DNA of 61,666 nucleotides, counting the filler, from an uncultured bacterium (GTDB lineage Bacteria > DAOPZR01), in the NCBI GenBank assembly GCA_964637655.1. It is 6 parts of 6 records of this genome, joined end to end, with 100 filler letters (N's around TTAATTAATTAA, not from the genome) between each part and the next. Parts side by side here need not be neighbours in the genome. Positions count along the whole stretch, not along the records: positions 20,673 to 30,891 come from CAZWUZ010000132.1; positions 30,992 to 41,165 come from CAZWUZ010000133.1; 4 more parts are not named here. One strand, written 5' to 3'. The notes under the pieces are model-generated. The model did no database searches. It was not told where the DNA came from and saw only the letters and a list, made by a program, of their open reading frames with translations. Both the position numbers and the translations under genes were made by a program. Of the stretch, positions 28,411 to 37,854 are shown one piece after another. The first letter of the stretch is position 1. Each line of letters begins with the position of its first letter.

Positions 28411-28713
28411 CTACTGCTGCGCGTTTCCGGCACCGCGCACCGCCTGCAACCGCTGCTGCAAAACATCAATCTGCTGCTGCAGGAACTCAGGATCGTCCTG
28501 CACCGGCGCTGCCGGCAACGGCTGCCCGGCCGCGAAAAAACGGTTGCGGAAACCACCACCACGTCCGCCGCGTCCGCGCCCGAAACCACCACCGCACCAG
28601 CCGGCAGCTGCACCCGTACCGCGACGCTGCGCCGTGCCGCTACCGCACTGGCCCTGCCCGCGCCCGGTCAGCGGCCCCTGCCCCATCGGCCCCATTCCAT
28701 TTCCACCTGGCAT
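28411..28713 (-). CDS. DUF5320 family Gly/Arg-rich protein
   Basis: MPGGNGMGPMGQGPLTGRGQGQC, GRG repeats, C-terminal coiled coil; AGGAGG RBS. Confidence 0.88.
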   Translation of the reverse strand: MPGGNGMGPMGQGPLTGRGQGQCGSGTAQRRGTGAAAGWCGGGFGRGRGGRGGGFRNRFFAAGQPLPAAPVQDDPEFLQQQIDVLQQRLQAVRGAGNAQQ

Positions 28714-28762
28714 TGTCCTCACCTCCTTTCGTACCGACGCTCTGTCGTTATTGTCCAATGCT

Positions 28763-28791
28763 ATGATAGCAGGGTTTTTGGCATTTGTCAA
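28763..28791 (-). promoter_or_regulatory. Sigma70-type promoter of the DUF5320 operon
   Basis: TTGACA-17-TATCAT with extended TG; imperfect palindrome TTGGCATTTGTCAA overlaps the -35. Confidence 0.7.
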
Positions 28792-28815
28792 GTACTTTTA
28801 CTATTGATTGCCACA

Positions 28816-29529
28816 TCATTTGTTGCGTATCGACACTGTATGCCCGTGCTGCTGCATGCGTGCTACCATACGCGCTAATTCCTCCTCTACCGGCGGGGTC
28901 AACGCGCTATAGGCAGGGTCGAGCGTCGGCGCGGCGCGATAGGCCTGCAGCAGCCAGCGCTTTGCCCCTGCCAGCGCCGGGGCCAGCGCGGCGATATCCG
29001 CTTCGCTGACTAAGCCCGGCACCACCGTGGTGCGCAGTTCGTAGTCGATGCCGCTGTCGCGCAGCAGCGCGAAGCTCTCCTGCACGGCAGCACTCGTGTC
29101 AGCCACACCGGTCGCCTGCGGGTAGCGCGGCCAGGCGGTCTTGATATCCATCGCCACGTAATCGACCAGCTGCTCAGCACACAGCTGGCGCAGGCGGTCG
29201 GGGCGCGCGCCGTTGGTGTCGAGTTTCACCGCGTGCTGGCGCGCCTTGAGCAGGCGGCAGAGCGCGGGAAGACCGTCGTGCAGCGTCGGCTCGCCGCCCG
29301 TGATGACCGTGCTGTGCACCCAGCCCTTGTGCCGCTCCATCGCCGCGCTGATGTCCTCCCAGGCGAAGGTCTCCCCTTCCCCGCGCACGAGGTCGGGATT
29401 GTGGCAGAAGGGGCAGCGGTAGTTGCAGCCGGGCAGGAAGAGCACCTGCGCGAGGTGGCCGTCCCAGTCGCACATCGAGGTCGGCAGGTAGCCGAGAATG
29501 ACGGGGAGTCCGTCAGCGGCCGGTTCCAT
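28816..29529 (-). CDS. NrdG-like radical SAM activating enzyme
   Basis: DWDG..LFLPGCNYRCPFCHN, ITGGEPT, KLDTNG, AMDIK, YELRTT. Confidence 0.88.
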   Translation of the reverse strand: MEPAADGLPVILGYLPTSMCDWDGHLAQVLFLPGCNYRCPFCHNPDLVRGEGETFAWEDISAAMERHKGWVHSTVITGGEPTLHDGLPALCRLLKARQHAVKLDTNGARPDRLRQLCAEQLVDYVAMDIKTAWPRYPQATGVADTSAAVQESFALLRDSGIDYELRTTVVPGLVSEADIAALAPALAGAKRWLLQAYRAAPTLDPAYSALTPPVEEELARMVARMQQHGHTVSIRNK

Positions 29530-30478
29530 CAGTGTTCTCCTCGCCGGGCGTCACCGCCCGGAAATAGCGTTTCTCCGCGCGGCGTTCCTCGCGCACCAGC
29601 CCGCCGGCGAGCAGTGCCGTCACCTGCTTGAGCGCGGTATGCGGATGGAGCCCGAGCCCGACGCAGATGTCATCCACCGTGCAGGGCCGGCGCGCGAGCA
29701 GCGCCAGCAGCGCGCTGTCGTCGGCAGTCAGCGTCCCGTCCGCCCCCGCCGCGCGCGGCGCAGGAATAACCTCGACCGGCACGGTAAAGAGCCGCGCCAG
29801 TTCCTGCAGTTGCTGCTCTGGAACCGGGCGTGCCGCCGACTCGCAGGGGGGCCGCTCGACGGTATTGAGCTGCACCCGGTCGACGCGCAGCGTCTGCGCC
29901 AGCGCGGCGATGTTCGCCGTGTGTTCCGCCGTGCCCGTCTCCTCCGCCAGCAGCAGCACCTCGAGCCAGAGCCGGCCGCGGTACGCATGCGAAAACTCGC
30001 GCAGGCCCGCCACCATGGCGTCGAACTCGAGCGACGGATGCGGGCGGTTGACGCGGGCAAAGGCCGCCGCGTCGCCGCAATCAAGCGACGGCACGACGAG
30101 GTCCGCGCCCATGAGCGCGTCGCGCACCGCGGACTGCCAGAGCAGCGAGCCGTTGGTCAGCACCGCCACCGGAATGTCGGTCAGCCGCTTCAGCCCGGCA
30201 ATGATTTCCGCCAGACCACTGTGCAGCGTCGGTTCACCCGACCCCGAAAGGGTGACATAGTCGGCGGTTATGCCGCGGGCGAATGCCGCCCGCGCCTCAT
30301 CGAGGACGCGGCTGACCGGCACATACTCGCGCCGCGTCACCGTCAGGTCAGTGGTGCGTCCCAGCTGGCAGTAGGTGCAATCATAGGAACAGGTCTTGTA
30401 GGGCATAAGGTCGATGCCCAGCGAACGCCCGAGACGCCGCGACGGCACCGGCCCGAACACCACCTGCGCCCGGCTCAT
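29513..30478 (-). CDS. Radical SAM protein (Fe-S oxidoreductase)
   Basis: FGPVPSRRLGRSLGID, CSYDCTYC, SGSGEPTL, LTNGSL. Confidence 0.92.
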   Translation of the reverse strand: MSRAQVVFGPVPSRRLGRSLGIDLMPYKTCSYDCTYCQLGRTTDLTVTRREYVPVSRVLDEARAAFARGITADYVTLSGSGEPTLHSGLAEIIAGLKRLTDIPVAVLTNGSLLWQSAVRDALMGADLVVPSLDCGDAAAFARVNRPHPSLEFDAMVAGLREFSHAYRGRLWLEVLLLAEETGTAEHTANIAALAQTLRVDRVQLNTVERPPCESAARPVPEQQLQELARLFTVPVEVIPAPRAAGADGTLTADDSALLALLARRPCTVDDICVGLGLHPHTALKQVTALLAGGLVREERRAEKRYFRAVTPGEENTDGTGR

Positions 30479-30891
30479 GCGTGTTTTACCGACACGATAA
30501 ACACTGCCAGCGCAATCCCCGCGAGGAAGGCGACATACGAGTGCCGGTGCCCCTGCGCCCGCGACTCCGGAAGGAGATGCGCCGCGGAAACGTACAGCAG
30601 CACCCCGGCGACAAACCCGAGCAGCAGGCCGATCCACTGCGGGCTGAGCCGGCTGACCAGCGGGTAGACCACCAGCGCCCCGAGCGGGGTCGTGCAGCCG
30701 GCGACGAGGAACGCCGCCCCCGCCGCGGTGCGCGCGCGGAACCCGCCGCGCACGAGAAACAGGTAGGTGATGACCCCCTCGGCGAATTCGTGGATAACCA
30801 GCCCGGTGGCGGCGAGCACCCCGACCAGGGTCGAGGCCTTGAAGGTGACCGTGTAGATGACTCCGTCGATGAACGAGTGCAGTCCGATGCC
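30475..30891 (-). CDS. ZIP family metal transporter (5' truncated by contig end)
   Basis: HSFIDG, HEFAEG, LLPE motifs. Confidence 0.85.
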   Translation of the reverse strand, partial: GIGLHSFIDGVIYTVTFKASTLVGVLAATGLVIHEFAEGVITYLFLVRGGFRARTAAGAAFLVAGCTTPLGALVVYPLVSRLSPQWIGLLLGFVAGVLLYVSAAHLLPESRAQGHRHSYVAFLAGIALAVFIVSVKHA

Positions 30892-30991
30892 NNNNNNNNN
30901 NNNNNNNNNNNNNNNNNNNNNNNNNNNNNNNNNNNTTAATTAATTAANNNNNNNNNNNNNNNNNNNNNNNNNNNNNNNNNNNNNNNNNNNN
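30892..30991. other. Artificial contig linker
   Basis: N-run with TTAATTAATTAA. Confidence 0.99.
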
Positions 30992-31062
30992 TATCAAGAA
31001 ACTGCTGTCGGGCGACAGCGGCGACGAGGAAGCACCGCCGGCCGCCGCCCCGGGGAAGAACC

Positions 31063-31377
31063 ATGGCCCTGCAGCCGATTGACCTGCAGCCGGTGCTGCA
31101 GCAGGGGCAGCAGGCGAGCGCGCTGCAGAGTGCGCTGCAGGCACAGCCCGAGGCCGCGCGTCAGCAGGCGGCGCAGCAGGCCGATCAGCAGGCGCTTGCC
31201 GACAATCACCGCGTGAAGCAGAGCGATGCCGACGGCTCGGTGCAGGACCGCGAGGCCGGGGGGCAGGGTGAGCAGGGGACGCCGAAGAAGAAACCGCAGG
31301 GTGATAAGCCCGCGGCCGCCGCCCCGCCGCCGGTGCCTGACCCCTATCGCGGGCACCGTCTCGATATCCGTCAGTAG
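31063..31377 (+). CDS. Hypothetical Gln-rich protein
   Basis: MALQPIDLQ...DPYRGHRLDI pattern with genome-typical codon use. Confidence 0.6.
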   Translation: MALQPIDLQPVLQQGQQASALQSALQAQPEAARQQAAQQADQQALADNHRVKQSDADGSVQDREAGGQGEQGTPKKKPQGDKPAAAAPPPVPDPYRGHRLDIRQ

Positions 31378-31381
31378 GGCC

Positions 31382-31410
31382 TTGACAGTTTCCGCCGCAC
31401 CCGTCATACT
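31382..31410 (+). promoter_or_regulatory. Sigma70-type promoter, probably giving a leaderless transcript
   Basis: TTGACA-17-CATACT, 6 nt before ATG 31417, no RBS. Confidence 0.6.
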
Positions 31411-31416
31411 CGCGCC

Positions 31417-32112
31417 ATGAATATCGTTGTCGTGGTACCGACCTACAACGAGGCGGAGAACATCGTCCCGCTGCTGCAGGCACTGCTCGCCCTGCCGCTG
31501 CCGCTGCGCGTGCTCGTCGTCGATGACCAGTCACCCGACGGGACCGCCGACCGCGCCGCCGCCGGCGGCGGCCGGGTGACGGTGCTGCGCCGCGACCCGC
31601 CGCGCGGGCGCGGGCTGGCCGGGCGCGACGGCGTTCTTGCCGCGCTCGCCCTGGGCGCCGACCTGATCGTCGAGATGGATGCCGACGGCTCGCATGATCC
31701 GCAGCAGCTTCCCGCGCTGGTTGCCGCCGCCGCCGACGGGGCGGACATCGTCAGCGGGTCGCGCTACTGCCCGGGCGGGCGTGTCGTCGGGTATGACTGG
31801 CTGCGGAAACTCAATTCGGCGGTGGCCAATGCCGTCAGCCGCCTGCTGCTCGGGCTGACCGCGCGCGACGCCACTTCCGGCTATCGCGTCTTCCGTCGCC
31901 GCGTGCTCGAGGCCATCGACCTGCCGACGCTCCTCTCACCCGGACCCTCCATCGTCGAGGAAATCCTCTTCCGCGCGCAGCGCCGCGGGTTCTACGCCCG
32001 CGAGGTGCCCATCACCTTCGTCAACCGCGAAAAGGGAGAATCGAAACTGCGCCCGTCGACGGTTATCGTCTGGCTGCGCACCCTGCTGCGCGTGCGCCGG
32101 CGCGGTTTCTGA
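31417..32112 (+). CDS. Polyprenol-phosphate mannose synthase-like GT2
   Basis: VVPTYNEAEN, VDDQSPDGT, EMDADGSH, DATSGYR, EVPITF..R. Confidence 0.92.
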   Translation: MNIVVVVPTYNEAENIVPLLQALLALPLPLRVLVVDDQSPDGTADRAAAGGGRVTVLRRDPPRGRGLAGRDGVLAALALGADLIVEMDADGSHDPQQLPALVAAAADGADIVSGSRYCPGGRVVGYDWLRKLNSAVANAVSRLLLGLTARDATSGYRVFRRRVLEAIDLPTLLSPGPSIVEEILFRAQRRGFYAREVPITFVNREKGESKLRPSTVIVWLRTLLRVRRRGF

Positions 32113-32121
32113 ACCGCCGGT

Positions 32122-33024
32122 TCAGGGACAACAGACCACGGCTGCCCGCAACCGGGCGCGGTGTGTTTCGTTCGCCGGACGGGCGAAGAGCAGGTTGCGG
32201 CAGCGCGCGGTGCGGATGTCCGCGCACGGGCGCCAGCGCCGCCGCTGCAGTTGCCACGCCGCGTAGCCGTATGTCCGCAGCAGTTCCTGCAGCGCGGCCT
32301 TGCTGCCGCCATGCTGCGCCAGCTGGTGGTCCTCGCATTCGAGCAGCAGGAGCGGTCCCGCGGACGCGAGGGTCTGCCTGCCGCCCCGCAGCACCGCCTG
32401 CTCCGCTCCCTCGACGTCCGCCTTGAGCAGGTCGGGCGGACGTTCTCCGGCGGTCAGGTCATCGAGCGTGAGCGTGCGCACCGTTACCGCGTTGATCTGC
32501 TGCGCGTCGGCGACCAGCGACGGTTCACCGTCCGGCGCGTCGGCGGCGAAGTAGAGCGGGGCGCTGCCGGCAGCGTCGCTGAGCGCGGCCGCGGTGATCT
32601 GCACCTGCGCAAAGCCGTTGCGTGCCACCTGTTCGCGCAGGCGCACCAGCGAGGCGGGAAACGGTTCGCAGGCGATGACACGCCCGGTTGGGCCGACGGC
32701 CGCGGCGCACAGGCAGGTGAAGTAGCCGAGGTTGGCGCCGATGTCGTACACGCAGTCGCCGGGGCGCAGCAGGGCGCGCAGCAGCTGCGACTCGCGCCGC
32801 TCGTAGGTGCCGTACCAGTACATCTCCCGTTCCGTGGCATGCTGCAGGTCGAGGCGCAACCGGAACCCGGGAAATGCCGCGTCGACGGGATTGTCCGCCG
32901 GCGCGAGCGGCGCGGCGTAGCGCTCGTAGAGCCGGCGCTTGCCGTCAGTGAGCGGACTGTGGCGCAGGTAGGCACGCAGCAGCGCCCGGGCAATGGTCTT
33001 CAGGGAAACCTCCGTACATCGCAA
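32122..33024 (-). CDS. FkbM family methyltransferase
   Basis: DIGANLGY, CEP, LKADVEGAE; start uncertain. Confidence 0.9.
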   Translation of the reverse strand: MRCTEVSLKTIARALLRAYLRHSPLTDGKRRLYERYAAPLAPADNPVDAAFPGFRLRLDLQHATEREMYWYGTYERRESQLLRALLRPGDCVYDIGANLGYFTCLCAAAVGPTGRVIACEPFPASLVRLREQVARNGFAQVQITAAALSDAAGSAPLYFAADAPDGEPSLVADAQQINAVTVRTLTLDDLTAGERPPDLLKADVEGAEQAVLRGGRQTLASAGPLLLLECEDHQLAQHGGSKAALQELLRTYGYAAWQLQRRRWRPCADIRTARCRNLLFARPANETHRARLRAAVVCCP

Positions 33025-33120
33025 CTATCTCATCCAACCTTCCCCCGCAGAGCGGGGGAAGGCAACACCCTCTCCCGCCTGCGGCGGGAGAGGGAAGGGT
33101 GAGGGTGGCTGAACAGCTGC
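33021..33120. repeat. REP-doublet/MITE family copy
   Basis: GCAACTATC...GGCTGAACAGCTGC ends; internal hairpins match 20736-20820 in reverse. Confidence 0.75.
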
Positions 33121-33134
33121 CATAAATAAAAAAT

Positions 33135-33479
33135 GTCGAGCGGACCGTAAGCCGGATTCTGTGCCCCGCTTGCGCGGGGTGACGGCCATTTCTCTGGGAC
33201 GGCGGTTACCCGCCGCCTCAAGCTGCCTACCCGCCCCCGAAGGGGCCTATTTGGCATTGCTCCCGGTGGGGTTTGCCGTGACCGTGCGGTCTCCCGCCCG
33301 GCAGGTGCGCTCTTACCGCACCGTTGCACCCTTACCGCGTCTTGCGACGCGGCGGTATGGTTTCTGTGGCACTGTCCGTCGGCTTGCGCCGCCCGGGAAT
33401 TACCCGGCACCTCGTGTTTTGGAGTCCGGACTTTCCTCTGCCGCCGCAAGGACGACAGCGGCCGTCTGGTCCGCTCGAC
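33135..33479 (-). ncRNA. rnpB: RNase P RNA (type A)
   Basis: GAGGAAAGTCCGGACTCC, AGTGCCACAGAAA, GGTGCGGTAAGAGCGCACC, ACAGAATCCGGCTTAC; P1 GTCGAGCGGACC/GGTCCGCTCGAC; TATACT -10 upstream. Confidence 0.97.
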
Positions 33480-33560
33480 ACAGGCAGTATACCACATTTG
33501 CCGGCCGCATGTTGCCGTTTTCCGCGCAATCAGTTACAATCGCCATGGAGGGAAACCAAT

Positions 33561-34601
33561 ATGTTGCATGTCGTCATTATGGCGGGCGGGCGCGGCACCC
33601 GGTTCTGGCCGGTCTCACGCCGTACCCTGCCCAAGCCGTTTCTGCCGGTCACCGGCGAGCGCACGCTGCTGCAGCTCACCGTCGACCGGGTGCTGCCGCT
33701 GGCCACCGCGGCGCGGGTCTGGCTCGTTATCGCGCGGGATAATCTCGCCGCCGCGCGGCAGCAGCTGCCGGACCTGCCGGCGGACAACTTCATCGGGGAA
33801 CCGCAGGGACGCAATACCGCCCCCTGTCTGGCCGTCGCTGCGGAACTCATCCGCCGGTGCGATCCCGACGCCGTTCTCGTCGCCCTGCCCGCTGACCACC
33901 TGATCGCCGAGGAGGAACAGTTCCGCGCCATGCTCGTCGCCGCTGCTGAATTTGCCGCGCGCGAAGGGAAACTCGTTACCGTCGGCATCAAGCCGCGCCA
34001 TCCGCACACCGGGTTCGGCTACATCCGCACCGGGGAGCAGCTTGCCGCGGCGCAGCCGTGGCCGGTGCAGGCCGTGCGCGCTTTTGTCGAGAAGCCCGAC
34101 CGCGCCACTGCGGAACAGTATCTCGCCGCGGGCGACTACGCCTGGAATGGCGGGATGTTCATTGTCACGGCGGCAACCTGGCTCGACATGGTGGCGCAGC
34201 AGCTTCCCGCGCTGGCGGCGGAACTCCCCGCGCTCGACGCGGCCGATCTCGCGCCCGCGTATGCGCGGATGCCGTCGGTCTCCATCGACTACGGCATCCT
34301 CGAAAAGGAGACGCGCCTCGCCTGCATTCCCGCCGACCTGACGTGGAGCGATGTCGGGTCGTGGAGCGCACTCTACGAACGTGCGGGGCAGGACAATGCC
34401 GCGCTGGGCGAACTCTGGACGAAAGACGCGCATGGCAACTACTTCCATGCGCCGGGCAAGTTCGTTGCCGCACTCGGAGTCGAGAATCTCGTTGTCGTCG
34501 ATACCGGCGATGCCCTGCTCATCTGCACGCGCGACCGCACCGAGGAAGTCAAGGACATCGTCGCCCACCTCGAACAGCAGGGCAAAACGGAACTGGTGTG
34601 A
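33561..34601 (+). CDS. manC: Mannose-1-phosphate guanylyltransferase
   Basis: MAGGRGTRFWPVSR..PK, EPQGRNTAP, FVEKP, WNGGMF, SIDYGILEK, WSDVGSW. Confidence 0.95.
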   Translation: MLHVVIMAGGRGTRFWPVSRRTLPKPFLPVTGERTLLQLTVDRVLPLATAARVWLVIARDNLAAARQQLPDLPADNFIGEPQGRNTAPCLAVAAELIRRCDPDAVLVALPADHLIAEEEQFRAMLVAAAEFAAREGKLVTVGIKPRHPHTGFGYIRTGEQLAAAQPWPVQAVRAFVEKPDRATAEQYLAAGDYAWNGGMFIVTAATWLDMVAQQLPALAAELPALDAADLAPAYARMPSVSIDYGILEKETRLACIPADLTWSDVGSWSALYERAGQDNAALGELWTKDAHGNYFHAPGKFVAALGVENLVVVDTGDALLICTRDRTEEVKDIVAHLEQQGKTELV

Positions 34602-34641
34602 TGATGGCGCTGCCGCTGACGCCTGACGTGTGCCCGCCTGC

Positions 34642-34791
34642 CGGTGCCAGGCACGAGAGAAGCGGTGCTGCGCACACAACTAATGGAATTACGGAAACCG
34701 AAGATGGTGTCAGGCATGGGAGAAGCGGTGCCAGGCACGAGAGAAGCGGTGCTGCGCACACAACTAATGGAATTACGGAAACCGAAGATGG
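34642..34791. repeat. Identical 66-bp direct repeat, period 84
   Basis: 34642-34707 = 34726-34791 (CGGTGCCAGGCAC...CCGAAGATGG). Confidence 0.9.
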
Positions 34792-34822
34792 GGACAAAAA
34801 CAGAAACAGCGAGACTGCGTGT

Positions 34823-35941
34823 ATGTCGGGCGGGATAACGGAAAGGCGGCTGGCGGTGCTTTGCGCCAGCTACGGGCGTGTGCGGCGCGGCATCGAGACG
34901 GTGGTCCGCGAACTCTGCCTGCAGCGTCTCGGGCGCGACTATGCCATCGACCTTTACGCCCCGCCCGAAGCGCCTGCGCTCGAAGCACCGCACCGCGTTA
35001 TCCGTATCCCCTGCGCTGCCCGTACGGACGCACGGGCGCAGGCCTATGCCCGATTGCTGCAGGGGACGCGCTGGCCGCTGGCGGGCGCGCATGAGTACGA
35101 GGTATTGTCATTCTGCGGCGGACTGCTCGACTCACCCTTCTGGTCGGAGTCGTATCACGCGGTTTACAACTTTGCCGGGCCCTATGCCGCCCCGCTCTGC
35201 GCACTCAAGCGCACGTGGGATGGCAGCGCCTTCGTGCATACCGGGCAGGCGGGCATCGGGCCCGTCGAAGTGCTGCAGGCAATCGCCGCCCCCGACCTCT
35301 ACGCTCCGCTGTCACCGGCCGCACGCGACTGGCTGGCGGGAAAAGGGATGATGGCTGCTGATGCGGCGATCATCCCCAACGGCGTTGCTACGACTGCTTT
35401 TGCGCCCGGGCCGGCGCTGGCCTGCGACCTGCCGCGTCCTGTGGTGCTGTGCGCCGGAGCGCTTGACGCGATGAAACGTCCGCAGCTGGCGGTGGAAGCG
35501 GCCGCGCGGGCGGGGATGTCGCTGCTCCTCGCCGGCGATGGCGAACTGCGCGATGAGGTGCTGGCCCTCGCGCAGCAGTGCCTGGGCAGCCGCTGGCAGT
35601 GGCTGGGTGAGGTCCCCGAAGAACAGCTGCCCGCACTCTATAACGCCGCTGATGTCTGTACGCTTGCCTCGTATGAGGAACCCTTCGGCATCGTGCTGCT
35701 CGAGGCGCTGGCCTGCAATAAGCCGGTGGTGACGCAGGACGATGCGGTGCGCCGCTGGCTGGTCGGGGATGCCGGACTGCTCTGCGATTGCCGCGACGCG
35801 GAGGCGTATGCGGCCGCGCTGCAGCAGGCGCTGGCGACTGACTGGCAGGACCGCCCGCGTCAGCGGGCGCTGGCGTTCGACTGGGACGCGGTGGCGCAGG
35901 CACATCTGTCCCGCCTGCGCACCCTGCAGAGGAGCAACTGA
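34823..35941 (+). CDS. GT4 glycosyltransferase
   Basis: IPNGV, K, EPFGIVLLEALAC; start may be 34601. Confidence 0.88.
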   Translation: MSGGITERRLAVLCASYGRVRRGIETVVRELCLQRLGRDYAIDLYAPPEAPALEAPHRVIRIPCAARTDARAQAYARLLQGTRWPLAGAHEYEVLSFCGGLLDSPFWSESYHAVYNFAGPYAAPLCALKRTWDGSAFVHTGQAGIGPVEVLQAIAAPDLYAPLSPAARDWLAGKGMMAADAAIIPNGVATTAFAPGPALACDLPRPVVLCAGALDAMKRPQLAVEAAARAGMSLLLAGDGELRDEVLALAQQCLGSRWQWLGEVPEEQLPALYNAADVCTLASYEEPFGIVLLEALACNKPVVTQDDAVRRWLVGDAGLLCDCRDAEAYAAALQQALATDWQDRPRQRALAFDWDAVAQAHLSRLRTLQRSN

Positions 35942-35942
35942 C

Positions 35943-36341
35943 ATGCATACCATTCCGGTTGCGACGCATCACCGCGACGAGATGCTTGACATCACTGATG
36001 CGGTGCGGCGCGTGGTGCGCGAGAGCGGTGTGCGCAGCGGGTTCTGTACTATCTTTGTGCCGCATACCACAGCGGGAGTCACCATCAACGAGAATGCCGA
36101 CCCCGACGTGGTGCATGACGTGCTCAAGGCGCTCGACGTCGCGGTCCCCTGGCGTCAACCCTTCTACCAGCATGGCGAGGGGAACAGCGCCGCGCATCTC
36201 AAGAGTTCGCTCGTCGGCTGCGCCCAGCAGGTCATCGTCGAAAACGGTGACCTCGTGCTCGGTACCTGGCAGGGGATCTATTTCTGCGAATTCGACGGCC
36301 CCCGCCGCCGTCAATGCCACATCCAGGTCTCAGGCAAGTAA
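35943..36341 (+). CDS. yjbQ: YjbQ/UPF0047 family protein
   Basis: PHTTAGVTINENADPDV, EGNSAAHLK, LGTWQGIYFCEFDGPR. Confidence 0.93.
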   Translation: MHTIPVATHHRDEMLDITDAVRRVVRESGVRSGFCTIFVPHTTAGVTINENADPDVVHDVLKALDVAVPWRQPFYQHGEGNSAAHLKSSLVGCAQQVIVENGDLVLGTWQGIYFCEFDGPRRRQCHIQVSGK

Positions 36342-36362
36342 AATGAGCAAACCACTCACAAA

Positions 36363-36468
36363 GGGGACGGAGCTCAAGTTATTAAGTTATGGGCGCATTA
36401 TTTTGTGGCGCAGATTGTTATGCGCTATGTCGAAGATTACAAAACTTAATAACTTAAGCTCCGTCCCC
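36363..36468. mobile_element. 106-bp AT-rich MITE-like element with 26-bp terminal inverted repeats
   Basis: GGGGACGGAGCTCAAGTTATTAAGTT ... AACTTAATAACTTAAGCTCCGTCCCC (1 mismatch); single arm at 51313-51340. Confidence 0.8.
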
Positions 36469-37854
36469 ATAGTTTTGTTTATTTGTATTTTCATGCTGCT
36501 GACGGGGGGGGCTGGGGCGCAGGCAACTGACCTCTGGTACGGGGTGTATCAGGGGGAGAACAAGCTCGGGTGGCATCATGAGCGGACGGTGAGCGACAGC
36601 GACGGGCTGCGCCAGAGCAGCCACACCGAGTTGCGGCTGGCGATGGGCGGCTTTGTCATGACGACGACCATCGACGGGAAACTTGCCTGCGACGCGGATT
36701 TCCGCCCGCGCAGTTTCGGTTACCGAATCGCGGGGGACATGCTCGACCTGACGGTGAGCGGGGCGGTGTACAGCGACACGCTCAGGGTCAGCATCGTGTC
36801 GGGTGACAACGTCACGGAAAAGGAATTCGCTGTCGACGGGGTGACGCTGCCGCAACTGGCGGATCTTGCTCTGCGCGGACGCGAACTGCGGGTGGGCGAC
36901 AGTTTCACCTTCCGCGTGTTCGAACCGACGGCGCAGGCGGAGGGTGAATTGCGTATCAGCGTCGACCGCGAAGAGCAGGTGCCGGTCGGGGATACCGTGC
37001 AGCGATTGCGGGTGCTGAAACTGTCGTTTGCGGGTATCGAGACAGAGACCTGGCTGGACGAGCAGGGGGAACCGCTGCGCATTACCTTGCCGATGGGGAT
37101 GGAATTCCGGCGCGAGACGGCGGCACTGGCGCAGGCGGCGGAGGCGGGCGAGCCGCTCGACCTGCTGACGACGGCAGCGATCACGCCATCGCGGCCGATT
37201 GCCAACCCGCGGGCCCTGTTTTCGGCAGGTTATCGCCTGACCGGCATACCGCCTGACGGCCTGATGCTGAGCGGGGCAGGGCAGGAATATGCCGGCGGGG
37301 TGGTGCGGATCGGGCGGACGCGGGTACTCGGCGAGAGGACCGGCATAGACGTGTCACGCGACCGGGTGCCGCCGCCGGACGCGCAATGCGATTACGATCA
37401 CCCCGTCGTCAGCGCCCTGGCGCTGCAACTGCGCAATGAGACAGTGCTGCCGGCGTCCGGCAACCCAGCCGGGTTCTGGCGATACTACGTGCGCAGCGAC
37501 CTGCGGTGGATGCGCGAGAATATCACGCCGCGGCTGACGCTGTCGCTGCCGCGGGCGTCGCAGGTGCTGCAGATGCGGCAGGGTGACTGCAACGAGATGG
37601 CGGTGCTGCTCTGCGCGCTGCTGCGGGCGCAGGGGATTCCCGCGCAGGTGGTGGCGGGCGTCGTCTACGTCGACGGCAAATTCTGGTATCACGCCTGGGT
37701 GGAAGCGGCCGATCATGCCATCGATCCCGCGTTCGGCCAGGAGTCGGCGGACGCGACGCATATCAAACTGATCGAGGGCGACCTGCTGGCGCAGGCACGC
37801 ATTCTGAACCTGATCGGGCGGCTGCAGATCGAGCCGCTGGAGGAGACGCACTGA
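36428..37854 (+). CDS. Exported transglutaminase-like protein
   Basis: Signal peptide; GDCNE, LRAQGIPA, YHAWVE, IDP Cys-His-Asp triad; start uncertain (36343 or ~36428). Confidence 0.85.

Noticed and set aside
33030..33497. ORFs overlapping rnpB and the ORF antisense to tRNA-Arg (19269-19478)
   Set aside because: Explained by the structural RNAs
34664..34710. 84-bp repeat as a decayed copy of the manC 3' end
   Set aside because: Only about half the positions match in the best register, which is not convincing
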